From assembly GCA_963787835.1 (NCBI GenBank), contig CAWBEI010000002.1, positions 736,001 to 800,000 of the forward strand: a DNA stretch of 64,000 bases, in the 5' to 3' direction. A program made the position numbers and the translations under genes. The notes beneath the pieces were generated by a model. The model searched no databases and was not told where the DNA came from. It saw nothing but the letters and a program-made list of their open reading frames with translations. Below are positions 49,851 to 60,400 of this stretch, piece after piece; the stretch's first letter is position 1; every line of letters begins with the position of its first letter. The DNA is from Ignavibacteriota bacterium. Lineage in GTDB: Bacteria > Bacteroidota > Ignavibacteria > Palsa-1295.

Positions 49851-50070
49851 CCCTCGTTTCCGTGCCAATTTCGCCATTTGTTCCAACAGGTATTCATAAA
49901 AGTCCCTTCACAGAGAACTCGTTCATAATGAAACCTACCGCCGAAATCAATTTTCAATGAACTCCCCCATCCTTCCCTAATCCCGAGAATCCTGTAAATC
50001 GTGGTCTAATTCTTATTTCTTAATTGATACAGGTGCCCATCATCTCACCACCAAATATACAACACTTTTC
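49851..50070 (-). ncRNA. Candidate structured non-coding element, copy B
   Basis: Homologous to 3087-3301; TATATTTG (-7 consensus) at 50052-50059; minus-strand GNRA-capped hairpins. Confidence 0.45.
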
Positions 50071-50151
50071 CGATGAGCCACCAAATTCGAAATTTTCTTT
50101 TGGCCACGCATACGGATAACACAAGCCGTGTCTCGGGAAGCGGCGCTTCTT

Positions 50152-50384
50152 AGACCCGAAGGGACGGAGTACCCGCAGCCCAGGGTGAAGTCCGCCGCGG
50201 CGGACGGAACCCTGGGTAACGGAATATGAACAGGAAGTTATAGCCCTGAAAGGGCGATGTTAGCCGTGCGGCATTTACTCCGTCCTTGCAGGACTATGGG
50301 AACATAAAGGGCATCTATACCTGGGGTTCCGTCCGCCGCGGCGGACTCCACCCCAGGCTGCGAGTACTCCGTCGCGTCGCGACT
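50152..50384. repeat. MITE/REP-like element with ~56-bp inverted arms
   Basis: Arms 50163-50218 and 50318-50373, each containing GTCCGCCGCGGCGGAC. Confidence 0.85.
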
Positions 50385-50457
50385 GAAACAATCCTGAAAA
50401 TCCAGTGAATTATGGCCCATTTTTCCCGCCCGCCATGAAATTCGGAATTTCTCCTAA

Positions 50458-50584
50458 CGTAGGGATCCGCCGCGGCGGACGCACGTCCGCGCCCGAGGAA
50501 TTAGAAGGGCTATTATGATGTATATTCAAACCGAACCGACCGATAATGGGACGGACATGCGTCCGCCGCGGCGGATCCCTGCGA
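50458..50584. repeat. GTAG-type REP dyad
   Basis: cgtagggatccgccgcggcggacgcacgtcc ... ggacatgcgtccgccgcggcggatccctgcg. Confidence 0.85.
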
Positions 50585-50635
50585 ACCTACCGACATGCGT
50601 TCCCCGGTCCGGGAATTATCATAAATTGTTAGGGT

Positions 50636-51874
50636 ATGAAAAAAATTGCTGTTGGTTGTTTGACGATCTTGCTGTGCACTGCCACATCTCTGCATGCGCA
50701 ATTGAACAATGGAACGGACGTGCGCAGCACGTCCCTACGGACGGAACAACCGGCAGGCGTGCCACAAAATGTCAGTTTGGATGCAATGGGGACTGTATGT
50801 GCCAGCCCTTGTTTCTCGACAGGATCATATAATTGGCTTCCATATACAAGTGGAATTGTAAATGCTTATGGCATTACATATTGTGCTACAAATGGCGGCA
50901 ATTTAGGTAGTTCAAGTTCGCCACCTTCCTGGGCTTCTGGATGTCAGGATTGGGTGAACATTTTGGGAACCGATGCAGGGAAGAGTGGATCGGCCCCCCT
51001 ATCAGTTGATAGCATTAGTGACACCTGTACCTTCCTTCTCAATTATGGTAATTCTCTTTCACAGTTCCAGTCTTGGCAATCTTCATACGACACACTTCAA
51101 TTATTCATCGATAGATGCGCGCTCCGCACCAGATCGTGGTCCGCATTTGGGAGCTTGGGGAGCGATGTCCAAAATTTGCTTCCCACAGCTTACAACTTTC
51201 CAGAAGACTCTACAATTTATGCGCAATATCGGACTTGGTTATACTCAGTACTGTATCTGAACACAACAGACCCGGAGTACTTTTGCCAGTGTGTTGAACA
51301 AATTTTTGGAACCTTTGGCTATGTTAGAGTTGACACAGCAAACGAGCAAAGCTTCATTGCAGATAATTTCGGCATTGCAGTTGACCGATGGTTATTACTT
51401 AACACGAATTGCGATTCTTCTCAAGAGTGGGCTAATTGGCAATATGCACGATCGCAGCAACGCCAACTCTGGCAAAGCGACTCTATTGAAGGCACACATT
51501 ACCCCTATGATACAACAATTCCGCCTTTGGATTCGATTTACCCAGGTCTTGATACTCTCCTGGCTCGGCATGCACTGTACGCGAGCGTGAGTGAAACGCC
51601 GCAGCCAGGTATTCTTTCAAATGCCACAGCAAATCCCAACCCTGTAACCGAAGGAACTGTAATCTCCTTCAGCATCAGCAAAGAGGCGTATGTAAAGATC
51701 GAGCTTTTCGATGTGCTGGGCAAACAGGCATCTTCTTACGGCTACGAGAGCCTGTTCGAGCCGGGAAATAAATCGGTTTCCTTCTCGCTTGCCGGGCTTC
51801 CTTCCGGCACATACTATGCCCACATCATCACAGCTTATGGCGAAGTGCAAACCGTGAAATTGGTGAAGGAATGA
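50636..51874 (+). CDS. T9SS-secreted Cys-rich hypothetical protein
   Basis: Signal peptide; C-terminal ANPNPV...IELFDVLGK...LPSGTYY...TVKLVKE. Confidence 0.85.
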   Translation: MKKIAVGCLTILLCTATSLHAQLNNGTDVRSTSLRTEQPAGVPQNVSLDAMGTVCASPCFSTGSYNWLPYTSGIVNAYGITYCATNGGNLGSSSSPPSWASGCQDWVNILGTDAGKSGSAPLSVDSISDTCTFLLNYGNSLSQFQSWQSSYDTLQLFIDRCALRTRSWSAFGSLGSDVQNLLPTAYNFPEDSTIYAQYRTWLYSVLYLNTTDPEYFCQCVEQIFGTFGYVRVDTANEQSFIADNFGIAVDRWLLLNTNCDSSQEWANWQYARSQQRQLWQSDSIEGTHYPYDTTIPPLDSIYPGLDTLLARHALYASVSETPQPGILSNATANPNPVTEGTVISFSISKEAYVKIELFDVLGKQASSYGYESLFEPGNKSVSFSLAGLPSGTYYAHIITAYGEVQTVKLVKE

Positions 51875-51887
51875 TCTGAAAACGAAC

Positions 51888-51917
51888 ACCTCTCTCCGCG
51901 GTCGGGGAGAGGTCTTT
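51888..51917 (+). terminator. Probable terminator hairpin
   Basis: ACCTCTCTCCG-CGGT-CGGGGAGAGGT-CTTT. Confidence 0.6.
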
Positions 51918-51923
51918 CGCGTA

Positions 51924-51937
51924 ACAATTTCTTAAGC
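51924..51937 (+). repeat. 14-bp direct repeat, right copy
   Basis: ACAATTTCTTAAGC. Confidence 0.6.
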
Positions 51938-51992
51938 TGGAATTCATGGTTGCGGTGGGAATCCATTGCGATAAAATGTGTTTGGTTGACGT

Positions 51993-52000
51993 TAGTTTTG
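51993..52000 (+). promoter_or_regulatory. Bacteroidota-type -7 element (TAGTTTTG)
   Basis: TAnnTTTG ~93 nt upstream of ATG 52093. Confidence 0.4.
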
Positions 52001-52092
52001 CAAACTTTTCACGCTAATTTTCGTTGGTTGGCGTCCGGGCTGTTACAATGCCCCTATCCTGCCATTGGGAGTTAGATAATACACTTTTTCTT

Positions 52093-53277
52093 ATGCTCAA
52101 TAAAAATCATTTTCTTCGCGCAAGCTTGTTTCTGAGCCTTGTCGCCGTATCATTCACGTTATGGAGCTGCGACCAAAGCGGCTCCCCCTCATCATCGGGC
52201 ACTATGCCCTCATCCGTCGGCGCGGCTGCCATTCCTGCTGCTATTCAGAGCAAATGGTCGAACGAGCCGGTATTCGTGCAGAATGCTATCGGCGTTCAGG
52301 GCCGTCATGAGGACGATCTGCTTGCCATCCCCGGTGTTATCGGCGATGGCGTAGGTCTGGATAAGACGAACCCCAACGCCGCCGTGATCCTCGTGTTCAC
52401 GAGCCGCAACGGTGTTGAGGGTATTCCTGCCTCGCTCGAAGGCGTTAACACGCAGGTCACCATGGTTGGCAACGTTACCGCCCATGCGTTCACCGGAACC
52501 TATAGCGACCCGCTGCCCTGCGGCGTGACCATCGGCCCGGATAACGAATGCGCATCCGGCTCCATTGGTGCGCTTGTGACCAGCACGCTCACCAAGAGCG
52601 GTACTTCCACGTACGGCGGTTCGATGACGGTCTATACCAACCAGTACTCCTGGGGCTCAACTACCCCAGTCTATATGCTGAGCTGCAATCACGTGTTCGC
52701 TGGCGAGAACAGCGCCGTGAAATACGAGCAAGCCGATCAGCCCGGCCGCTACGATGTAAGCTGCAATGCATCGAACGCCGTTGGCAAGCTTCACTCCTGG
52801 AATTTTATCAACCACACGCGAAATTCCTCAAACTATTACGATTGTGCGCTCGCAGAGTGCAATCCAAATCTTCCCGGTGGCTGGACACCTGCCATGCTCT
52901 CCGATGCCTCGACCACCCCGTACACACTTTCGTACACGCCATCGAACAGCGTGGTCGCGCCTGCCCTGAATATGGCCATCAAGAAGACGGGTCGTACCAC
53001 CGGGTATAACACTGCGACGATCGCAGGCATCAATGTGACGATCACGGTTGGTTACACGAACTTTACCGCAAAGTTCATCGATCAGATCTACGTGGCTAAC
53101 GGAACCTATATCGAAGCCGGCGACAGCGGCTCGATGTCCGTCGAGAACAGCGCTACCGGAACCAACAACGATCCCGTCGGCCTTGATTTTGCCGGAAGTT
53201 CCACGTCCTGCTTCATGAACCGCATGGATCACATTGCGCACGATTTCGGCCTCTCCTTCGTGCAGAGCGGATTCTAA
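52093..53277 (+). CDS. Lipoprotein trypsin-like (S1, Nal1-like) serine protease
   Basis: Lipobox LWSC; triad motifs LSCNHVF, YDCALA, AGDSGS; KKTGRTTG. Confidence 0.85.
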   Translation: MLNKNHFLRASLFLSLVAVSFTLWSCDQSGSPSSSGTMPSSVGAAAIPAAIQSKWSNEPVFVQNAIGVQGRHEDDLLAIPGVIGDGVGLDKTNPNAAVILVFTSRNGVEGIPASLEGVNTQVTMVGNVTAHAFTGTYSDPLPCGVTIGPDNECASGSIGALVTSTLTKSGTSTYGGSMTVYTNQYSWGSTTPVYMLSCNHVFAGENSAVKYEQADQPGRYDVSCNASNAVGKLHSWNFINHTRNSSNYYDCALAECNPNLPGGWTPAMLSDASTTPYTLSYTPSNSVVAPALNMAIKKTGRTTGYNTATIAGINVTITVGYTNFTAKFIDQIYVANGTYIEAGDSGSMSVENSATGTNNDPVGLDFAGSSTSCFMNRMDHIAHDFGLSFVQSGF

Positions 53278-53391
53278 CCGCAGTGGTTTTCTAAGTTTTT
53301 TAATCACTACTTGCAAACAAGCGCCTCTGCAGTGCGATACCGATCGCGGCAGGGGCCTTGTTATTTTATAGGGTTCCAACTTGTTATTGAG

Positions 53392-53724
53392 ATGATAAAA
53401 TTTCGCTGGTTATCCATCCCCTTATTGCTTGGAGCATGCGCTCCGAAGCCAGCGAATCAGCAATCTTCGATCGCAGATACAACCCAAATTGCGCAACCTG
53501 TGTCCGATTCCCTAAAACCCATCGCTGAAGTCCTCGCCGAGCATACCTCTGCATGGATGAAGCTCCCCGGCGTAACAGGAACCGGCGAAGGACTGAAAGA
53601 TGGCAAACCCGCCATCCTCATCTTTGTCGATTCGCTTACCGATAGCGTAAGATCCCAATTGCCGCAGACGTCGGAGGGGTATCCGGTGGTGATAAAAGAG
53701 ACGGGGATAATCCGAGCAAGATAA
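53392..53724 (+). CDS. Small lipoprotein homologous to the N-terminal (pro)domain of the upstream protease
   Basis: Lipobox LGAC; HTSAWMKLPGVTGTGEG...AILIFV...LPQTSEGYPV...TGIIRA. Confidence 0.75.
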   Translation: MIKFRWLSIPLLLGACAPKPANQQSSIADTTQIAQPVSDSLKPIAEVLAEHTSAWMKLPGVTGTGEGLKDGKPAILIFVDSLTDSVRSQLPQTSEGYPVVIKETGIIRAR

Positions 53725-53753
53725 GTGTTCTTTTTTGAAACTCTTTTTCAAAT

Positions 53754-54929
53754 ATGAAACGAAGTGTCTCTGTCATCGCAGCCGCCATTATTCTTGCTCT
53801 TCTATATTCTCATGACGTAAACGCACAATGGGAACGCGTATCATCGTTCTCATTTAATTCCATTGCATTCAATGGATCAAACTGGTTCGGAGCGGGTCAA
53901 GATAGCGGTGGTAGTGTCTTTCGTTCGACCGATCAAGGTGTAAATTGGATCGAATCGGATTCAGGCATAGCAAACCCCGGTCTCATTGATCTATATGTTA
54001 ACACCGTAGTGATCAATGGAACGAATATTTTCGCTTCATCCTTGGGCGGAGGAGTATATCTATCGACCAATGATGGTGCGACATGGACTACCAGAAATGT
54101 TGGCCTCGGAGACAGTTTGACGGAGGATATGCTGCTGGTCGGCAATCATCTCTTTGTGAGTACCGATGATAGTGGGGCGTATCGATCAACCGATAGCGGC
54201 GCCACGTGGGTTTCCATTAATAATGGCTTGATGACCCCAGATGCACTTGTGTTTGCTTCAAACGGCTCCGATCTTTTTGTAGGGACCTATGATCAAGGCG
54301 TTTTTCGCTCAACGAATGAAGGAACGAGCTGGGAACCTGCCAACCATGGAATCGAGTCACTGGATATTCTCACCATTGCGATCGGAGATTCTGCCGTATG
54401 GGCTGGGACATATTACGGGGTCTTTCGATCTACCGATCAAGGCACGACCTGGAATTCTGTGACGAACGATTTATCTGATAGCGAAATTCTCGAAATTGAA
54501 GTGGTCGGAACAAATATATTCATTGGTACAGATGCCAGTGGTGTTTTCAGATCAAGTGACAATGGTGAACATTGGACCGCCGTTAATACTGGCTTTACAG
54601 ACTCCAACATGGTACTCCTTACCGTCATTGATTCAGATCTTTATGCGTCGACTTATTCTGCTTTTTGGCGCAGACCCCTCTCAGATTTTGGGATCGCTGC
54701 TTCTGTTAATTCTGCTCACACATCAGACTTGACTCTCACCGCATACCCAAATCCGGCAACCAGCATTCTCAACTTCGAATCGTCAGGCGGAGTAATCTCC
54801 CTTTGCGATCCCCTTGGCCGCACCTACGACGTACATCAAACCAGCAACACGCTCGATGTTTCCTCGCTTCCCTCCGGTGTATATTTCGTAAGCGATGGGC
54901 ATTCGCGAACGAAATTCGTAAAAGAGTAA
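53754..54929 (+). CDS. T9SS-secreted BNR/Asp-box beta-propeller protein
   Basis: Six GVFRST..G.TW repeats; AYPNPA...LPSGVYFV...KFVKE. Confidence 0.88.
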   Translation: MKRSVSVIAAAIILALLYSHDVNAQWERVSSFSFNSIAFNGSNWFGAGQDSGGSVFRSTDQGVNWIESDSGIANPGLIDLYVNTVVINGTNIFASSLGGGVYLSTNDGATWTTRNVGLGDSLTEDMLLVGNHLFVSTDDSGAYRSTDSGATWVSINNGLMTPDALVFASNGSDLFVGTYDQGVFRSTNEGTSWEPANHGIESLDILTIAIGDSAVWAGTYYGVFRSTDQGTTWNSVTNDLSDSEILEIEVVGTNIFIGTDASGVFRSSDNGEHWTAVNTGFTDSNMVLLTVIDSDLYASTYSAFWRRPLSDFGIAASVNSAHTSDLTLTAYPNPATSILNFESSGGVISLCDPLGRTYDVHQTSNTLDVSSLPSGVYFVSDGHSRTKFVKE

Positions 54930-54937
54930 GCAGCAAT

Positions 54938-54975
54938 AAAAAACGAGTGACGGGCTTTCGCCCATCACTCGTTTT
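54938..54975. terminator. Bidirectional rho-independent terminator
   Basis: AAAACGAGTGACGGGC-TTTC-GCCCATCACTCGTTTT between convergent genes. Confidence 0.8.
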
Positions 54976-54994
54976 CGTAAAACTTGAGCTATGC

Positions 54995-56068
54995 TTATTT
55001 CGCGGCTGGAGCGGGAGCTGAACTAAGCTCGGCGGCAACGGCTGCGGCAGCAGATTGCGGGATCGGCGCATAATAGAGCGCTTTGCAATCGGCCTGTCCC
55101 TTGGTGGTGATGAAAGAAATGAATTTCTTTACGGCCTCGCCCTTCGGTGAATCCTTCCAGGTGATGATCCAGCTAAACCCGGTGATCGGGTAGCCTTGCG
55201 GAGCGGAGGTATTGGTGATCATCGAGGTCATGTTATCCGGCATTGGGAATGCTTCGGCTGCAGCAGCGGCGCCATCGACGCTCGGAGCAATGAAATTACC
55301 GGAAGCATTCTGGACGCTCGCATACGTGATCTTATTTTGCTCGGCATACGCAAGTTCCACATAACCGATGGAATTATCGTGCTGCTGGAGCACACCGGCA
55401 ACACCGGCATTGCCCTTACCGCCAACGCCGCCTTCGGGCCAGTTGACCGTCTTGCCAGCGCCGATCTTGGATTTCCAATCCGGGCTGACCTTCGAAAGAT
55501 AATCCGTGAAGATAGCAGTCGTTCCAGAACCGTCAGAGCGGTGAGCTGTGAAGATCTTCTCGTGCGGGAGTTTCATGTCTGCATTCTGGCTCTTGATGGC
55601 CTTATCGTCCCACATGGTGATCTTGCCAAGGAAAATACCGGCGATCGCATCGGGAGTGAGTTTGAGGCCGCTCGAAAGACCCTTGACATTATACGCCACG
55701 CATACCGCACCGATAACAGCCGGCACATGAATGACGGGAGCTTTTGCGCGGGCAAGTTCATCAGCGTTCATCGGAGCGTCCGAACCGGCGAAATCGACGG
55801 TGTGGTCGATCAGGTTATTGATACCAGCGCCAGAACCTACGGCCTGATAATTAATAGCGACGCTGTCCGACTTCTGGTATTCCGATGCCCAGTTGGTCAT
55901 GATCGGATTGATGAAGGTCGAACCGGCACCGGTGAGGGAATTCGAGTTGGCCGCTGCGGTCGAATCCGCGCTGCTACCCGATTTTCCGCCGCAGCTCACA
56001 AGCATCGAAGAAGATGCTACGAGCGCCGCAAGCAATGCGAGACTTAGAAGTGATAAACGGTTTTTCAT
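54995..56068 (-). CDS. pstS: Phosphate ABC transporter substrate-binding lipoprotein
   Basis: GAGSTF, NYQAVGSGAG, DFAGSD, HRSDGSGTT, GGKGNAGV, IGYVE, YPITGFSW. Confidence 0.96.
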   Translation of the reverse strand: MKNRLSLLSLALLAALVASSSMLVSCGGKSGSSADSTAAANSNSLTGAGSTFINPIMTNWASEYQKSDSVAINYQAVGSGAGINNLIDHTVDFAGSDAPMNADELARAKAPVIHVPAVIGAVCVAYNVKGLSSGLKLTPDAIAGIFLGKITMWDDKAIKSQNADMKLPHEKIFTAHRSDGSGTTAIFTDYLSKVSPDWKSKIGAGKTVNWPEGGVGGKGNAGVAGVLQQHDNSIGYVELAYAEQNKITYASVQNASGNFIAPSVDGAAAAAEAFPMPDNMTSMITNTSAPQGYPITGFSWIITWKDSPKGEAVKKFISFITTKGQADCKALYYAPIPQSAAAAVAAELSSAPAPAAK

Positions 56069-56282
56069 ATACAGAGCTAATAAAAATGAAGTGTGTCGTG
56101 AGTAAAAACTTTATGTTTGATCAGGACGAAAATGAGGGATGTAAAAAGTATTTCATCCTTACATCCCTAATCAATCATCTTCCTAAGAGGTATGCTTAGA
56201 ATGCGGGTACAAAAGGCTTTTTTACCCAATTTCCGTTCGGAAAAGTGTAATATGTTATTGTTAACAAACGGTAAGAGAATCT

Positions 56283-57420
56283 TTAAGAGCTTTTAGTATT
56301 ACCTTCAGGCTGCACATGTTCGCCTTCCACTATGCCATTCCCGATATTCACCCCAATTTTCTCATTTCCTTGAAGACCATCAAGGATCTCGATCGTTTTC
56401 CCATTATTGTTGCCAATATGGACTTCGTGAAAGCTAACCTTATCATCGGCATCCACTACTGGAACGTAGAACTTGTCTTTGCGAACGATTAACGCTTCTG
56501 ATGGTATCTCTATCTGTGCCGGAAGCGATACGCTCAGTTTAACATTTACCGTGCTCCAGGGCACGATCTTCCGATCCGCATTTGGAACCTCGATCTCGAC
56601 AAGCTGCATCCGGGTTTGAGGATCGAGCTCCCCGGTATAACGGGTGACCGATGCCTTTATAAGAAAACCCGGACGCTCAGGAAGACTTATTTCTACAGGA
56701 TCGCCTACATGAACGAACGAAGCGTATCGCTGATCGATATATACATCCACGCGAAGCCTATCCACTTGAGCAAGTGAAACGAGAGGTTGTGTGGTCGTCT
56801 CCTGATTCACAGCATTTTGAATAAGCGCCCCAGGATCGACAAATCTTCCAGTTATGCGGCCAGAGAACGGCGCTGTTATGATCTCATATCCTTTGTTCGT
56901 CTTATCTACGGCCAATGTCTGCTTCGCGATCTCGGCATCGGTTTCGCTTTGCTCGGCTGTTTCCGGAGCAATGAGTTGCTTTTTCAGCAATTGTTGATTT
57001 CGCTCGTTGATCCTCGTTTTATTCTCAAAATCGGCAAGAGCAGCAGTATATTGTTGATCGGTCTCTGGCGATTCGATTGTGGCAGAGACTCTGACCTTGC
57101 TTAACCTCATCGCCTTTATCAACAGATATGCTATGCAAATACCCGCCGATCTTAGCATAGAGTGTAGTACTCGCGTAAGGCAGCGCATCACCCTCTAATG
57201 TGATCGAGGTCTGTGCAGCGGAGCGTGTAGGGCTGATAGTTCGAATGAACGGTCCCGCCGCTGCAATGTCCGCACGGTGTGCCGTTTCCATCTCGATCTT
57301 ATTCTTTTTTGAGAATGTCAGAAGTCCGAGCACGATAACCGCACCAACAAAAATGATGACCGCGCCTACGTATAATGCAATTGGGCGCTCACTGCCAGAT
57401 TTTGAAAGCTTCACTGTCAT
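56283..57420 (-). pseudogene. RND efflux periplasmic adaptor (MFP), frameshifted near 57085
   Basis: N-terminal part ...LYAKIGGYLHSISVDKGDEVKQGQ continues in another frame as ATIESPETDQQ...ITAPFSGRIT.RFVDPG. Confidence 0.8.
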
Positions 57421-57432
57421 ACCAATATAGAT

Positions 57433-60400
57433 TTATGCTTCAACGCTAAACGAACCTTCTGGAGAATCTTCTTCGATCGCTGCATTGCTTGTTTCACCAT
57501 CGAATTGCATTCCTTGTTTTTCAGCTTGGAACCGGAGATCGAATAAGTGTTTCTGAGGTTCCTTTTTCCGAAGAATCGAATAAACAAGTGGCACAATAAA
57601 AAGCGTGGTAATGGTGGCCACAATGAGTCCGCCAATGACCGCGCGAGCCAATGGTGCATTTTGTTCGCCGCCTTCCCCGAGCGCAAGCGACATTGGTATC
57701 ATACCAACGATCATTGCCAGTGCTGTCATGAGCACCGGGCGCATTCTGGTTTTGCCAGCCTCGATCGCCGCTTCAAATGCAGAGATACCTTTCTCGACTC
57801 GAATATCATTCGCAAAGCTTACCACTAAGATCGAGTTCGATACTGCAATGCCGATCGTCATGATAGAACCCATCAGCGAAACAACATTGATTGTTGTCCC
57901 AGTAACAGCGAGCATCCAAAGAATTCCCACGAGCGCGCCGGGAACGGAGATCATTGTAATAAATGGATCGATCCATGATTGAAAGAACATCACCAGCAGC
58001 AAGAATACCAGCAGTATTGCGAGCACAATCCCAAATCCCAAACTACGGAATGAATTATTCATGACCTCATTCTGACCCAAAACAGATATTTTCATGCCAG
58101 CAGGAAGTGTACCAAGTGAGCCGATCTGTTTTTGTATGTCACTCGCCACGGATCCTAAATCCCGTCCTTCGAAGTTGGAAGTAATATCAATGACACGCTG
58201 AACAGTATGGTGATTTACCTGGCTTGGCGTCACGACAGTATTCAATGCAACAACATTCCCCAACATTTGAGCAGGAGCCTGTGCAACTTGTAACGGATTC
58301 ACCTTCTGATCACCGTGATGTACTTCTGACCCCGGTGTAATGGGTGTTCGAAGCAGATCGCTCACGGACTGCACCTTGTCGAGAGGTGTTTGAACCACGA
58401 CATTATAATTAACATTGTTCGAAGGGTTCACATAATATGATGGCGCAACCAACTGGCTCGACGACAGTGATACCAACATACTGCTTGTGACATCGCGCTC
58501 GTTGAGGCCCATGAGCGAAGCTCGTTCGCGATCAACGTTTAACCGGAGCGTCGGATAATCCAAAGCTTGCTTGATATTAACATCTGCCGTTCCTGGAACC
58601 CGTTTTACCATTTCCTTAAGGCGCACAGCATACGTAAACGCCTTATCGAGATCAGGATATTGTATCTGTATATCCAGCGGCGCCGATAGTCCGAAGTTCA
58701 GCACCTGGCTTACGATGTCCGCGGGCTGGAAATAAAAAGCGGAACCCGGAAAATCCACACTAAGCGAATCGCGCAACCGATTCATATAAAGCTGTGTCGG
58801 ATGATGATCGGGCTTCAGCGCGATCAGAAAATCCGCGTCCATACCGGCAACGTTATCCGTACTGATATAAGCGAGGTTATAGGAACTTGGCGGAACGCCG
58901 ATCATGTCATTGATCGTCCCCAGTTCATTCGCAGGAATTATCTTCCGCGCCACATCCTCCACCTGAACTGCTTCCTTTTCCGTTTCTTCGATGCGCATCC
59001 CGATCGGCGCGCGCATGTGCAGCTTCATCAAACCTGTATCTGTCGTGGGAAAGAAATCCGTCCCAATGATCGATGGAAGGAAAAATGTTAACAAAAAGAC
59101 AGTAACCGCAAAGCTTAACGCAAACTTTCCATTGCTAAGTACTTTTTCAAGTAATCGGCCATACGCATGCTGCATGCCCTGAAACGCCTTATCTCGCCGC
59201 TGATCCACTTTCTTGAAAAACGTCCCAACTCTTCCCAACCGTTTTGGAGACTCGCCAGTGTGGTGTATAAAAGACTCGTCATGATGTTTTTCTCCGGCAA
59301 GTAGGAGCCGCGATAACATCGGCACTGCGGTGGTGGTAATGATAAATGAAAAGATCATCGCCGCGACCACAAAGAGCGCCATTGGAATAAAGAGATACCT
59401 TCCCGGACCCGTGAGTAACGCGACTGGGAAAAATACTACGCAGATCGCAAGAATAGCAACGGCTGTTGGAATAAGAATTTGCTGTAAACCTGCAAGAATC
59501 GCCATCGTGAGCGGCTTACCAAGCATTCGGTTACGGTGAATATTTTCAATCGCTACAGTTGCACCATCCACCAGCATACCGATCGAAAGCGAGAGGCCGC
59601 CGAGCGTCATGATATTGATCGTGTTGCCGGTGAATTTTAGCACCATGATCGCCGCCATGACCGAAAGTGGGATCGAGGCAGATACAATAATAACACTCCG
59701 CCAGCTTCCAAGAAATAAAAGAATGAGCAAGGAAACGAGAATGGATGAGATCAGCGCTTCGCGTACTACGCCATCAATTGCAGCTTGCACAAACGTCGAT
59801 TGATCGAAATCTACTTTTACATCGAGTCCTTCCGGCGCAACGGATTTGATCTCGGGAATCATATCCTTGACTGACTGTACCACGGCAAGTGTAGATGCGT
59901 CAGCCTTTTTCAGAATTGCAATGTACGCGCCTCGTTGTCCATTGACGCGCACAATATTCGTCTGCTCCGAAAATCCATCGGAAACATGCGCTACATCGCC
60001 AAGCAATACGCTCTGCCCTCCGGACACTTTTACAGGAATTTGATTGAATCGGTCCACGGTCCTGGGGCTGGCATTGGTCGTCACGTTATATTCAACATTG
60101 CCAATACGCGCCGATCCTGCCGGCAAGATCACATTGGAGTTTTGAAGCGCCGTTACAACATCTCGCGGGGAAAGTCCGCGAGCCTCTAATGCTTTGGGAT
60201 CGATGTCAATAGAAATTTGCCGTGTCATTCCACCATACGGAGGTGGAGCAATCAGACCAGGTATCTCAAAAAGACTAATGCGAATGAAATTTCTGCCATA
60301 ATCGAATATCTTTTCCTCCGGCATCGTCTTGCTCGTAAGCGTTAGCTGCATTACGGGAACATTCGATGCATTGAATTGCAGAATGACCGGCGGTTGTATT

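Noticed and set aside
50152-50590. Possible CRISPR array or IS element
   Set aside because: Repeats are inverted, not direct with unique equal-length spacers; no cas or transposase ORF in the window
55196-56047. 283-aa plus-strand ORF
   Set aside because: Antisense shadow of pstS
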